A stretch of 63,990 nucleotides of DNA, from positions 62,001 to 125,990 of the forward strand of contig KZ538105.1 in NCBI GenBank assembly GCA_000934665.2, written 5' to 3'. The DNA comes from Catajapyx aquilonaris (Eukaryota). Both the position numbers and the translations under genes were made by a program. Below the pieces are notes generated by a model. It was given only the letters and a program-made list of their open reading frames with translations. It was not told the DNA's origin and searched no databases. This document shows, piece after piece, positions 39,041 through 51,135 of this stretch. Position 1 is the stretch's first letter. Each line of letters begins with the position of its first letter.

Positions 39041-40663
39041 AATAGTGTAGAAAAATATATTATGGTGTATAAAATAATTTCATTTCATATACACCTTTTG
39101 CACTATTGTGGCCAAATAACGTGACCTAGTTCTTACAGTTGCTTCCAATTTAACTCGAAGCTATCTACTCTATGGAGTGACAGGAACCAATCGCGAATGC
39201 AGGTCTATTGATATAATAGTAGGAGTTCTATCGGTTTATTCGCGTTTCCCCCAGGGGAGGTGACAGCCAATGCTGGCACGTTGTGACATATAACTGTCAC
39301 CCATTTGTGAACAAACTATACACATTGACATATATGGGACTCGATAAGTCAACAATGCGTGCAGGTTTCTTGACTGCAGTCCAATGCAGGTTGTTATCGA
39401 GTTGTACGCCAAAGACATCTACCAACTGACTGCAGTTTTAACATGGAATGACCTTAATTTTGATATGTACAAAAAAAATCTGCATTACGCGATAATTACA
39501 GTCGCAAGCGTAATGATGCAAAGGGACTTCGTTTTAAGCGCACTGTAAAACCTATATGATGTCTTTGTTCCAACGCTGTTGTACAGTGTTGGACATCATT
39601 ATAAACGTATATTTTACTGCATACAGCAAAAACTCTTCCAGTTTTACAGAGTACTTGCTCACTAAGCCTGTCCATCATTATTTTAGTTACTCTATGACTC
39701 TCTGTTGTTCTTAATAGTTAATTAAAATGTGACTAATAATTTCTGTGCCCATATAAAAATCGAAATCTTGCAAATCATCCAGATTTATGCGATTCGGGTA
39801 CAATTTTGTCTAAGAAATAACTACTAAAAACCACCGTCAAAAAACCCGATTTCCTCCAAAATAAGTCGACTGATGGTATGAAAATGGCTCCTTCAGAAGC
39901 AAACCCGACCTGTTTGGTATCCCTATGCTCCTGGCTAATTACTCCACCTCCAAAGACACCGACCCGAATTAAAAGACGTCCCCATAAATTATCTCCAACT
40001 TGTTTCTTTCATAATTTCCGCCTCAGGGGTGGGGTAAAGAGCACCCTTAAAAATATATATGTGGTCGAGTACAGCCCTAGGAAAATCAGAAAACCCCAAC
40101 TGTCCAAAGCTTCCCCCTACCCTCCCTTTTAATTAATAACCAGCCGATTGATCACCCAGATACGGACTGGAAGGGAAGCGAGGGTTATTAATTACATCCG
40201 AATTGCGATTATTTTATTACCGGTGTTACCTGCATGTGCTGGGGCCATGGCGGAATCGGATTATGTTTCGAAATGATTCTCGTCTCCTAGATATTAATTC
40301 TGGGTGATGGTATGGACCCCACGCCTGCCAGCATTTTCGCAGAAACCCATTTGTTTCAGAGCTCTGGGAAGTTCATTATATCATGGTGGAAATCTGGTGA
40401 GAAGTGCGGAAACGATTGTTGTTCATTAGGAGCATTGTTGAATGAAAATTCGAACAATTTTCGTCTGTAATATTAGTTTGATAAGTTATAATATGTGGCA
40501 TTTTCAGTGTGGATCTATGGGGATGTCCATACTCGTGGATCATATAGTCATCATACCGGTGGATGTCCGATTCGCCTGGATGTCCATACTCGTCTTCACA
40601 CGAAAATGGCATATTCGTAATCTATATAAATTGTACATTGGGGGGGGGGGGGGGTTGTACCCC

Positions 40664-41032
40664 NNNNNNNNNNNNNNNNNNNNNNNNNNNNNNNNNNNNN
40701 NNNNNNNNNNNNNNNNNNNNNNNNNNNNNNNNNNNNNNNNNNNNNNNNNNNNNNNNNNNNNNNNNNNNNNNNNNNNNNNNNNNNNNNNNNNNNNNNNNNN
40801 NNNNNNNNNNNNNNNNNNNNNNNNNNNNNNNNNNNNNNNNNNNNNNNNNNNNNNNNNNNNNNNNNNNNNNNNNNNNNNNNNNNNNNNNNNNNNNNNNNNN
40901 NNNNNNNNNNNNNNNNNNNNNNNNNNNNNNNNNNNNNNNNNNNNNNNNNNNNNNNNNNNNNNNNNNNNNNNNNNNNNNNNNNNNNNNNNNNNNNNNNNNN
41001 NNNNNNNNNNNNNNNNNNNNNNNNNNNNNNNN
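40664..41032. other. Assembly gap (N run) flanked by poly-G tracts
   Basis: Continuous run of N. Confidence 1.
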
Positions 41033-41087
41033 GGGGGGGGGGTCAAAAAGTGGCCTAAAATCGGTCACGTGGTATTTGCACGGCCCT
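41033..41087. mobile_element. Right terminus of a PIF/Harbinger-like MITE (rest lost in or before the gap)
   Basis: G-run, then GTCAAAAAGTGGCCTAAAATCGGTCACGTGGTATTTGCACGGCCCT followed by TTA. It resembles common GGGCCGT... invertebrate MITE ends. The left TIR is not visible. Confidence 0.45.
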
Positions 41088-41971
41088 TTATCAAATCCAC
41101 CAAACTGCTTCGGTAAATTGTCCATATTTAATATCACAGACATTCTCCAGAAACCTTGTTCTCTCCTAATCCTCCTAGATGTCCCTACATTTCGTCTAGA
41201 ACATCCAATATTGTCGCAGCTCCAATTCCCAGCCCATTTGTCGTCCCCTATACCTGCTTTCGTTGTTTCATTGCGCACTTACCCGTCCCTATTTGACACG
41301 TATACAGTCATGAAATCCCGCCATAATTGCCTAGAAACGTTCGTCTTGAACCCGTAAATCCAAAGTGGACAAACGAGCGTCATTCTCTGTCAATCTGAGC
41401 TAACCGAATCCCATTCCCCACCCTGATGGTCAGTCACCGGACAGTAAACCCCTTGGAAGAGAAATGTATAGTGTCACTGTGGCAAAGGCTAGGGGTAGAA
41501 AGGAATAAATTTTAGGAGGGGGGGATAGAAAATCTCCTGAATTTCCCTTCCACTTCACCATCTGCCGAAGAGATTTTGCCTTCTTCTCCATCGAGTCTGG
41601 AATCCCCCCGAAAAGATTAATTTCGCCGGATTCGCTTCCGAGATGTATATGCTCAAAATGTAAGAGAAAGTTGACAACGGTTTCTGTAAACGAAGCGTGG
41701 GCAATTTCGCAGGGATTTAGTTCAGAATGTCAAAGCTTTCCGAAAGCAATAATTCTAGGAGATTGGCTTCCCTTCCCTAGTTTTCCGCTTATTTTCTTTC
41801 TCTTAAATTCAACGCGTCTGTCGCGTTAAGATGGCCACGTTTTTTCGTATTTCAAGATGGGTTCATTTCAAAATTTTGTCGCATGATTAGTAGAAACGGA
41901 TCAGATGGCTTTTACAACTCAGAGGATATGTCGTCCCTCCGACCGTGCAGCGTCGTGGTCCAATAATATAG

Positions 41972-42660
41972 CAGTATCCGGATATAACAGACTTAAAGGG
42001 AACTCGCAAAAAGTCTGTTATAAACAAGGTCTGTTACAGCTAAATCGTCACATTTGCAAAGAATACTTTCCGTATGCTTTTAAATTAATGCATATTACTA
42101 CATACTGATTAATGACATTCATCAAAAATGTAATATTAGTTCATTCGAAAACTACGCAGAACCCCCCCCCCCCCCAAAAAAAAAAAAATCCAAAATTTTC
42201 TTCCGTCGTCTCCTTTTTTGCAAATTTTATACCATAGAAAGCATATCTTCCCACCGGGAGGCCACATGGTCTGTTATACCCGAGGTGAGTTGAAAATGAG
42301 CCTGTTATATCAGGAGTATGGCAGTATGGCGGGACCTGCCTTACGAGTCTGTTATACCCGAGGCTGTTTAGCTTATTAGTGGGGCTTAACGTCGGCCTAT
42401 CTGCCCCAAGGCTCAACACCGACGGTAGGGGTTGGTCCTCCTCATGGAAATTTGGCCACTCTGGAGATCTTTAACGTGCACTCGCGTAATGTCACAAGCA
42501 CATGGGACCGACGGCTTTACTTCCCCTCCGAAGGAAGGCGCACTCTCACTTCTCTACCACCCGGAGAAAAGTCACCGACCTCGGCCGGGTTCGAACCCAC
42601 AACTTTGGGTCTAGAGGCGAGCGCGCTAACCACTAGCGCCGGCTGTAGGCTGTTTAACTG
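41972..42660. mobile_element. pogo/Tigger-like MITE with a SINE inserted in its right TIR
   Basis: Left end CAGTATCCGGATATAACAGAC. Right end GTCTGTTATACCCGAGGCTGTTTA[SINE]ACTG. Internal repeats of GTCTGTTATA. Confidence 0.6.
42374..42646 (-). mobile_element. tRNA-derived SINE family A, full length, with a Nin/Deu-like central domain
   Basis: The minus strand has the head GGCGCTAGTGGTTAGCGCG (A box) and GGGTTCGAACCC (B box), then GGAGGGGAAGTAAAGCCGTCGGTCCC...GTGCACGTTAAAGATC, which recalls Nin/Deu-domain SINEs. TSD AGGCTGTTTA(G/A)CT at 42361-42373 and 42647-42659. Confidence 0.92.
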
Positions 42661-43292
42661 CACAACAGGTTCGGACCAACCCCATTATTGCCACCAGCCT
42701 GCAGCCAGGCCGTTTCACGACTCTTTAGATACAAAGTCAAGCCCCACAGTCCACCAAACGACACCTTCCTGCCATCTAGTGACGGACTTCACAATAAGCG
42801 ACCGGATGAGCTTGGAAAGCCCGAATTTTCTGTCTTCTAGTCCTGGATTCGACTCCCGGACAATTAATGTGTATGTAATCTCAAAGAGACATAAATCTCC
42901 CCATCCTTCCTCCCTGACAAAGTGCAAAGAAAATCCTCTTCATCTGCCCCTGGTTCCCGGATCCAAGTTTGATTAAAGCCCCGCGCCCTCTTGATGGCTT
43001 GAGTGCGGCTGCCACGGGCCTCCCCCGTTACAGCCCTCCCGGGAGCCTGTTACAGATTCTCCACCATTACCCTCGATTGTGGTCCAGGTTGTTCTTGCAC
43101 TTTGCAGACGAGGAATGGGGACCAGCTCGACGTTGCCATATGTCGACACCATCAACTAACCATCCAAACTTTACATAACATTATAGCTTCATAGAATAGA
43201 TCCGATTTTATGAGAGGTTACAGTTACAGCCGAAAATGTCAATTCGATTCTTCGGATGGTCAGTAGAGTTGATTACGAGTGGACGCCATCTA

Positions 43293-43511
43293 GGGCCGAA
43301 TTCAGAGATGTTGCTTAACGTAAGCGCGCCCGATTAAATCCTTTAGTCATCCTCGATTAGCAAATTTAAAAGTGCTAGCAAGTGCGATTAGGGGGCGTTT
43401 AGCGCTAATCGCCGTCTTTGTATTAGTAGGTTGATTAAATTTGCTAATCGAGGCTGACTAAAGGATTTAATCGGGCGCGTTTACGTTAAGCAACCTCTCT
43501 GAATTCGGCCC
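43293..43511. mobile_element. PIF/Harbinger-like MITE with ~77-bp TIRs
   Basis: GGGCCGAATTCAGAGA.GTTGCTTAACGTAA.CGCGCCCGATTAAATCCTTTAGTCA.CCTCGATTAGCAAATTTAA and its reverse complement. 3-bp flanks are CTA and TTA. Confidence 0.88.
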
Positions 43512-43577
43512 TTACTGTTTAACTGTGGACCGTTAATTTTGGGGGAAGCTTGAAAAGAGTTGATCTTGGAGTGATAT

Positions 43578-43755
43578 TAACATTTTCATTTTTACAATAT
43601 TTTAATATTTTCATTTTTACATTTTTGCAATATTTTAATATTTTCATTTTTACATTTTTACAATATTTTAATATTTTCATTTTTACAATATTTTAATATT
43701 TTCATTTTTACAATATTTTAATATTTTCATTTTTACATTTTTACAATATTTTAAT
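43578..43755. repeat. 25-33-bp AT-rich minisatellite
   Basis: CATTTTTACAATATTTTAATATTTT is iterated. Confidence 0.9.
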
Positions 43756-44544
43756 GATAAGGTGGAGCAGAGACATCACCGGTTTTACTCTGAACTTACT
43801 AAAACTTCTGATCCTTCCACCTATTTGCTGACGAGTGTACCAATTGTCTGTCAACTCTCATCATCATTACGCCTCAATCGTCAGTCCAGATATGCTAATT
43901 ACCATCCTCTTCATTAATTTCTCTCATCTCAAAAAGCCTACAAATCTCATACCCCCACCCCCCCTTCAAGACTATAAATCCCACGCAATTTCCGCATGTC
44001 ATCTCTAATCACACCGTATTGCCAAATATCGCGACAGTTTCTTAACTCAATTAGTGCATATTCGCGTGTGTGCCTAGTAGCGTCGTGAAAACCACATTTC
44101 TCACTTCCTGAGACATTCCTACCCTAAAAGCTGAGGGAAAATCTTGCCAAGGTAATGCAGACTCACCCTTCGGACCTTGTTTTCGTCTTCATTTCGATAG
44201 CGTTTCCTTGTTCCTCTCTCCCCAAGCGAAGGACTATTCCATCACTGCCACAGATTGCCCTCTTCTTAGAACTTACGTCTCCTGAAAACAAGAAGGGAGG
44301 AATCACATGAGAGGCTAAAAATCGCATATCATCACTTACAAGCATGCACTATGACCCTATTAGACAACAGACTGCAGATGAATTATTTTACGGGCCAAAC
44401 CGAGTGCGCATCACAGTTCGCACAGCTAGCATGGTTGGAATTATCAATGATAGCTGGTAAGCTCGTAGTGGGCGTACTACACTTATTTCCAACGCTATGC
44501 TTGGGGGGAACAAAATAGCCGACATAGTATCATAACCAGCCTCC

Positions 44545-44839
44545 GGACACTTCCACTACAATCTTATCTTATCGCCTGCCGGGGCGTTTTGCATGAGATG
44601 CTCACCTGAGAGCGCCTGTGGCGACCCTACCGGACTACGCTGAACTTTATAGGTACAAAAGTGAAGCGCTACATTGGGGGACCCAACATGGTTGCCTGCG
44701 GCCATATTGGGCCCGCATGTAGCTTCTCTTCTACCTTAGTTCAGCGTAGTCCGGTAGAGTCGCCACATAATTGGGCAGAAAAAGCTGTCTCATGGCGCTC
44801 TCAAGCAAAACGCCCGGCAGGCGATAAGAGGGAGTGTCC
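44545..44839. mobile_element. GC-rich foldback element / MITE
   Basis: Nested inverted arms GGACACT, TCTTATCGCCTGCCGGG.CGTTTTGC, TGTGGCGAC.CTACCGGACTACGCTGAACT and CCCAA.ATGG span nearly the whole element. Confidence 0.8.
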
Positions 44840-44921
44840 AGACCTTACTACTCTAAGACCATGATGATAACTGTATAATCTACGAAAGAATGACACGTGG
44901 CTACAGTGTTTAAAAATTCAG

Positions 44922-45125
44922 CTAATAAGTGTGACGTACTTTATGGACATCCCCTCCATTTATAATCGGATTGAACAAAACCAAGTTATAGCTGAAGTGA
45001 CTGCTTGGAAGCAAATTTCCGATGTCATCACGCATATTCCACGACGACATCTCCTCGACCCCATGCGTCGTATATACGTGAGATTGAAGCCCGAGTACGA
45101 TGATGATCTTCTCCCCCAAAAATAG
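44922..45125 (+). CDS. Weak candidate terminal coding exon, product unknown
   Basis: After TTCAG|, a protein-like frame LISVTYFMDIPSIYNRIEQNQVIAEVTAWKQISDVITHIPRRHLLDPMRRIYVRLKPEYDDDLLPQK* follows. The polypyrimidine tract is poor and there is no recognised homology. Confidence 0.15.
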   Translation, partial: LISVTYFMDIPSIYNRIEQNQVIAEVTAWKQISDVITHIPRRHLLDPMRRIYVRLKPEYDDDLLPQK

Positions 45126-45407
45126 TGGAATACAATCATGTGGCAGATGAAGGGGGGGAGAGGAGACGAAGGAGAGAGGGGAGATTGCCCTCCCTCCATC
45201 TCCCTCCCCTACTCCTATTATCCACAGAAGCCTTTTTAGTCTCCGGAAATTAATACAAACACAATTTGCATGAGAACCTCATTGCGCCACCATATTAGTA
45301 TATGCCTGTTGTAACAAGTTACCCCTAGGAAAAAGAAGCCAGGAAGTGACCTCATCCAGGAGCCATGACCTCACATGGCCTTTTGCAGCTCAACATTGAG
45401 AAGAAAG

Positions 45408-45505
45408 ATGCAACATACTCGTTCACATAATATGTGAACGAGTATGTTGCATATCTGCAACTGTATCCTAGTGTCCTATATGTAGGACACTAGGATACAG
45501 TTACA
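45408..45505. repeat. Two adjacent, unrelated near-perfect palindromes
   Basis: 45408-45452 has 22-bp arms and a 1-nt spacer. 45456-45505 has ~25-bp arms with 2 mismatches and no spacer. Confidence 0.95.
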
Positions 45506-45665
45506 TTTTAGCTATTATATTAGTACTTCACAGCTCATGAATATTAAAATAGCTCATGGAAATAAAATGTCAAAAATCTTTAAAAAATAATTCAAAAGAA
45601 AATTGTACAAAAATGTAACAAATAATTCAAAATGAAATACGAGCAAATTAAAATATAATTCAAAA

Positions 45666-45947
45666 ACCGAAGCAGGTTGGTGTAGGGGATAAGGAGCCGG
45701 CCTGCTAATCGGGAGGTCCTGGGTTCGAATCCCGGGGCCGGCGACCCTGACCATGGTTTTCTGTGGTTTCCATGCCCCCCCCCCTCCCCCCAGGACAATT
45801 CCGGGGTCGTTTCCGTAAGAATAGGCCACAGCCGCTTCCTTCCTTCCCTATCCCTGGTCCCATCCAATGGTGGTAATCCACCCCCCTAAGGGAGCCAATG
45901 GCTCTAGCACGGAGTATGAAATTAATAATAAATAAATAAATAAATAA
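45666..45947 (+). mobile_element. tRNA-derived SINE family B, full length
   Basis: Head ACCGAAGCAGGTTGGTGTAGGGGATA, B box GGGTTCGAATCC, body GGCCACAGCCGCTTCCTTCC and an (AAAT)n tail. Probable TSD AATTCAAAA at 45657-45665 and 45948-45956. Confidence 0.92.
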
Positions 45948-46930
45948 AATTCAAAAGACAATTTTAGCAAATTCAAAAATAATTCAAAATGAAATAAAAA
46001 TAAAATAACAAATTCAAAGGGAAATAAGAAAGTAAAAATAATTCAGACATAATTATATGGATAAGTAGCCTACTAGGATCTTGTAAATAGACATTAAAAT
46101 GATACACATTGTTTCCTATAATTTTATTCAAACATTAACTACAGTATACCATAAGACTCCCTCTATTTTTAATTACAACTAAAATGTCCTCAGGATGTTT
46201 CTTTTAATTCTTTTTGGTTAATTCTTTCGGGACATGTCCCCAGGTCTATTTTCCTTCTCCAGCTGCTGCCAAATGTCCCCTTATTGGTCATCGGTTTTTC
46301 GCCCACAGGCCCCTGGGGCCTATCAATATTTTCTCTAAACACAGGCTTGCCAACTGGCCCTCGTAAAAACAAAAGTACGCAGGGTAGAGTGAGTCTTATG
46401 AAAGGAATTGAACTCGACGGTAATCCAATTAAAGGAAGGAAGTGTGGGTTGGATGGAAACAATGCAAGAGGACAAAGCATTTCTGATAAAACCTATGAAC
46501 AGAGACGCGTTTTCATCACATGTGATTGTTATTCTAGCACTATCTCTTTTAGGCAGGCTTCTAAAAGGGGGGGAGAAAAGAGCGAAAAAGTTTTCAAAAT
46601 CCGCTTCTTTTTGGGAGAAAAAAAAGTTGAGCAAGGAAACCTAACGTCGCAGAAGGAAAACCTAGAAATATGAAAAGTAGGAATTGAGTGATCCAATCTT
46701 GGAACTGAATAGTGGTAAGAAGGAAGTCCTACTGGTGCCTGGGTGGGGTCAAGAAAAAAAGGTCGAGTTGAAGAAACTTTTGTTTGCGACTTACAAAAGA
46801 TTCGGATTTTTTTTTTTTTTTTTTGAGGACAGAAACCTGAAAATGGCAGGAAATTTGTAGGAGTAATTCTGTAATCCAATCAAAAAAGGGTGAAAGACTT
46901 CAGAATATTGCATTGTGTGCTTCTTAAGTC

Positions 46931-47021
46931 GGTTCTTTCAGTTAAGATTTTCATAAAAGAGGATTAGTAAATGTCAACTAAAAATAAATTATTTTTAATG
47001 AAAATCTTAACTGAAAGAACC
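46931..47021. repeat. Hairpin element with perfect 24-bp arms (possible mini-MITE)
   Basis: GGTTCTTTCAGTTAAGATTTTCAT / ATGAAAATCTTAACTGAAAGAACC. Confidence 0.8.
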
Positions 47022-47027
47022 TACAAA

Positions 47028-47439
47028 GGGACACTCCACTCAAAAAACAAGCTTGGCTCTAAATATCGGGCAAAAAAACATGAATCCGAAGGTGCAATCC
47101 GTTTTTCGCTACGCGGAACGGTAATCCCAGGGCGAGGTGTCAAAGTGTGTCGTCTGCTAATGAGCGGCGCCGCCACGCGGGGAACAGGGGAACTGGAGGG
47201 CTGCACCGCTCTGGGATTGGCCTAAGCGCGCGGGCAGACGGGAGCAGCCCTCCAGTTCCCAAGGTCCCGAGGGCGTCGCTGGCGAACGGCCAACTTCCAG
47301 CGCACTATTTGAATTTCCCCATTTTGACCCCTCACCCTGGGATTACCGTTCCGCGTAGCGAAAAACGGATTGCACCTTCGGATTCAGGATTTTTTGCCCG
47401 ATGTTTAGAGCCAAACTTGTTTTTTGAGTGGAGTGTCCC
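47028..47439. mobile_element. MITE with ~115-bp TIRs
   Basis: GGGACACTCCACTCAAAAAACAAG...GAATCCGAAGGTGCAATCCGTTTTTCGCTACGCGGAACGGTAATCCCAGGG and its reverse complement. Internal inverted repeat GGGAACTGGAGGGCTGC. The TSD is unclear. Confidence 0.88.
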
Positions 47440-47990
47440 AGTACAATCATTTGTCCCATCAAATGCCCAATCAAAAACCCTAACTTAGGCAAATATTTCA
47501 CCCAGGTCACGCCAGGTCAACCCCGCTTTCCTTCAGCCATTTAAACCTCCAGAAATGTTTGTCCATAAAACAAGCTCCAACCGTATACCCATACATCTCG
47601 CTCTGAAGTAAAGGTGTCGCGTTCGAATGGCTGAGTGTGCAATGTGGAGGGCCGTAACCCTGCTGGCGGAACGGTAACGAACTCGTAGTAACGGCCTGGA
47701 ATAGGCACCAATTTCTGTGACTTGGAAACGCCGCTTTTGTATGTTAGAGACCTGAGAACAGGTGTAAGAGGCAGAACGTGGGAGGGTTCTACACTCCAAA
47801 AAGGAGGGAAAAAAAACCATCAAAGAAAATGCCACTGTTTTTATTTTCATGGTCTGTGCAGCCCTTGCCCTTTGTACGGGCCTCCTTTTTCTAGGGATTT
47901 GCAACTGTTCTATAGAAGGTTATATGGAAGGAACACGTTTCATCTGAATTTTTTGTGTATTTATGAATAGTAGGACAAAATGGAATGAGG

Positions 47991-48508
47991 TCGATTTTTT
48001 TGGAAATTTTAAACTAGGGTTTGATTGCCAGATTTATCGATATTTTTGGAAATTTTAAACTAGGGTGTGATTGCCAGATTTATCGATATTTTTGGAAATT
48101 TTAAACTAGGGTTTGATTTCCAGATTTATCGAAATTTTTGGAAATTTTAAACTAGGGTTTGATTTCCAGATTTATCGAAATTTTTGGAAATTTTAAACTA
48201 GGGCTTGATTGCCAGATTTATCGATATTTTTGGAAATTTTAAACTAGGGTTTGATTGCCAGATTTATCGATATTTTTGGAAATTTTAAACTAGGGTTTGA
48301 TTGCCAGATTTATCGATATTTTTGGAAATTTTAAACTAGGGTTTGATTGCCAAATTTATCGATATTTTTGGAAATTTTAAACTAGGGTTTGATTTCCAGA
48401 TTTATCGAAATTTTTGGAAATTTTAAACTAGGGTTTGATTGCCAGATTTATAGATATTTTTTGGAAATTTCAAACTAGGGTGTGATTGCCAGAATTATCG
48501 ATATTTTT
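47991..48508. repeat. 46-bp minisatellite, 11 copies, with a degenerate continuation to ~48745
   Basis: ATCGATATTTTTGGAAATTTTAAACTAGGGTTTGATTGCCAGATTT units. Confidence 0.95.
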
Positions 48509-50869
48509 AAAAGAATGATTTCCAAATATATCGACATTTTCAAAAAATCCATATTTATCGAAATTTTAAATATTTCTGCCTAATTTATCGATATTTCGAA
48601 AAATTAAAGTTTGTTGACATTTTAAAAATTTTGCCGAATTTATCGATATTTGTTTTAAAAATGTCCAAATTGCACGATATTTTTTATCATTTGAGCTTGT
48701 CGATATATCTTTCTTAATTTTGTCGAATTTATCGATATTTTTACAGAAAATTATAGCTAGGCTCCACCTGAATGGTCCAGAAGCATTTACCTAATGAATT
48801 AAACTACACAAAAAAAACTCGAACAATGTGAATCCTGCTAACCTGCGGTTTGCGCTGCTCAGACCAGGTCTTCACTTGTGTACCTGGCACGCAAGGGTTT
48901 ATGGTGCCCCGATGGGTGGGGCCCTGTGTCAGGAGAGTTTCATCTTAATTATACTACCCGATGTAATAAAGAGAGATAATGCCGGGCCTTTTGGTGTCCG
49001 CTGTCAATGGCCAAAACGCTAGCGTTTCCAAGGGACCTCCAAAAACTAGGGCTGACTAATGGGGGGGTGTCCACTGCAAAAAGTGTGTAACTATAGATGG
49101 AAACCATCAGATGATGCTGAAGAATCAGATATTGCAGGTCCATAAATATTGCAGAACTCTGTGGGGTATATGTCCATGTGGAGTAAGGGACAAATATGGC
49201 GACATTTTTAGGTTATTAATCTATTAGTGTGGGTGGAGGACATTAATTAAGAGATGCAGGTGTGAAAGCTAGGTTGCCTGCGCTTCTTTTTAAGGTATTC
49301 AAAAAGTAGTGGTGTAAATAATAGAGATGAGGTGGGGGGTGAGCGTGACATAGTAAATCACTAGGCAAGTGACAGTTACGATGCATTACGTTTTTATGCT
49401 ATGAGACGGTTTAAGTTAGGGCGGGAGAGGTGCTTGTCTAACAATGTTGTATAATGTACCGGCGAGTGCAATGCTTTCCAGTAGGACATGGGTTGAAACA
49501 TTAGGGTGACATTTGCCTTTTGAGAAATAAATTCCGCTCTAATTTTTGCTTTTCATCATCATCATCATGTGTCAAATTAATTCATGAAATGTTTAAAATT
49601 TTATTAATACGTGAAATTAATATTATAGAATAACTGAAATCACAATGAAATGAAATTAACACGATGCGACAAAAATTATTGTAATTATTGTAATTATGAA
49701 CAAACTGAGTCAATAAATGTATGAATTCCAAATTGGACAAATGAAAGAATAAGTGAAATATTAATGTACCGTGAAATAAATCTATGATGCGCAATAATTT
49801 ATGACTAATAAATAACAATAATAAAACTTTCAGCAGAAGTTTGGCAATTGCTATGGTGAATTATTGCAAACTTCTGATTAGTTGGAACTGTAACTTCCAC
49901 TACAATAGACAAAGTGACTCAGCACTGTTCCACTTTTTTCCCTCTGACATGAATTCAGTCCTAAAAATTTCTCCCTTCAGAAATTTCGCCCTGAATCCTC
50001 CACACAAAGGAACACCGTTGCCACATCTCCCCCATCCGGATTTTTCCAACCCGTAACGAGGAATTATTCCTGATAGTCATTTAAATTTATTTTCCTCCCA
50101 AAGTCATTAGGCTTTGAATCCACCGAATTGTGTCCTCATTAGTTCCATTTTCCCCTCCAGCGGCAGCACAAATCTAGCCATGTGCATACGTTGAAGAAGA
50201 GTATTAGCAAAGAGATGGCTAATATGGCCTCCTGCTGATAGGGAAGCCCCTGTTTTAATCGGGACGCTTATTTTGTCCAGTCCCACTTCAAACCACGTCC
50301 CTTTTATGCACCACATTATCGTCGGCTTTCATCCCTGATTATTGTCCGCATTTTGTACTGCCCGGTTTCATTTCTGCAAAGATGACGAGTCTTTTTCACC
50401 GTTATGAACTCGTTAATCTTTAGCGGTGAGGACCTCTGGTAACGCAAAAAAATATTCCATTACGACGCTAGATATTAGCTGCTCATTATTCAAGACCGGA
50501 GTCCAGCAGGCCGGTCGTAAAATAATTGCTCAAAAAATTGGTAAACATAATTAATATTCGTCTAACGTGTGAACACACGTGTTGTAAAAGTTAGGGAGTT
50601 ATCTTGAAAGTCGGCTGCCCACCTTCTGACAGCCATTTAAAAATATTCTGGCGGTGGAACAGATTGCTCCAGGAAGAGATTACACGCATGCAGAAGCTTA
50701 TTAAGGATTGCCTCTAGCCTGTTTCCCCTTTCGATCTATTTCGACCCCGTTTGAAAATTGGACAGGTTCAATTTTTGGATCAAAAATTTATACGAATTTG
50801 TGCAAATTCTAACATATTTTTAAATCGCTTTCAGACGACTCAATCTAACCAGTCTGTATGTCGCCAATA

Positions 50870-51135
50870 TTTATTTACCTATTGATACCTATTGATAAAT
50901 TTATTTACCTATTTATGCATCGATAAATTTATTTACCTATTTATGCATTGATAAATTTATTTACCTATTTATGCATTGATAAATTTATCTATTGATACAT
51001 TATAATATTATGTTATTAAATAAATTTATCGGTAGATAAATAAATTTATCAATACATAAATTTATCAATACATAAATTTATCAATACATAAATTTATGTA
51101 TTGATCAACTTATTTATCTACTGATAAATTTATTG
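50870..51135. repeat. AT-rich 28-bp tandem repeat followed by related 16-bp repeats in inverted orientation
   Basis: TTGATAAATTTATTTACCTATTTATGCA about 4 times, then ATAAATTTATCAATAC 3 times. Confidence 0.85.

Noticed and set aside
40442..41357. Long ORFs across the gap
   Set aside because: They consist mostly of X from the N run.
42570..42646. tRNA gene (also ~31390-31465 and ~45666-45735)
   Set aside because: The A and B boxes belong to SINE heads with body, tail and TSD. There is no complete cloverleaf.
47991..48508. Telomere-like CTAGGGTTT words
   Set aside because: They occur once per 46-bp unit and do not form a tandem telomeric array.
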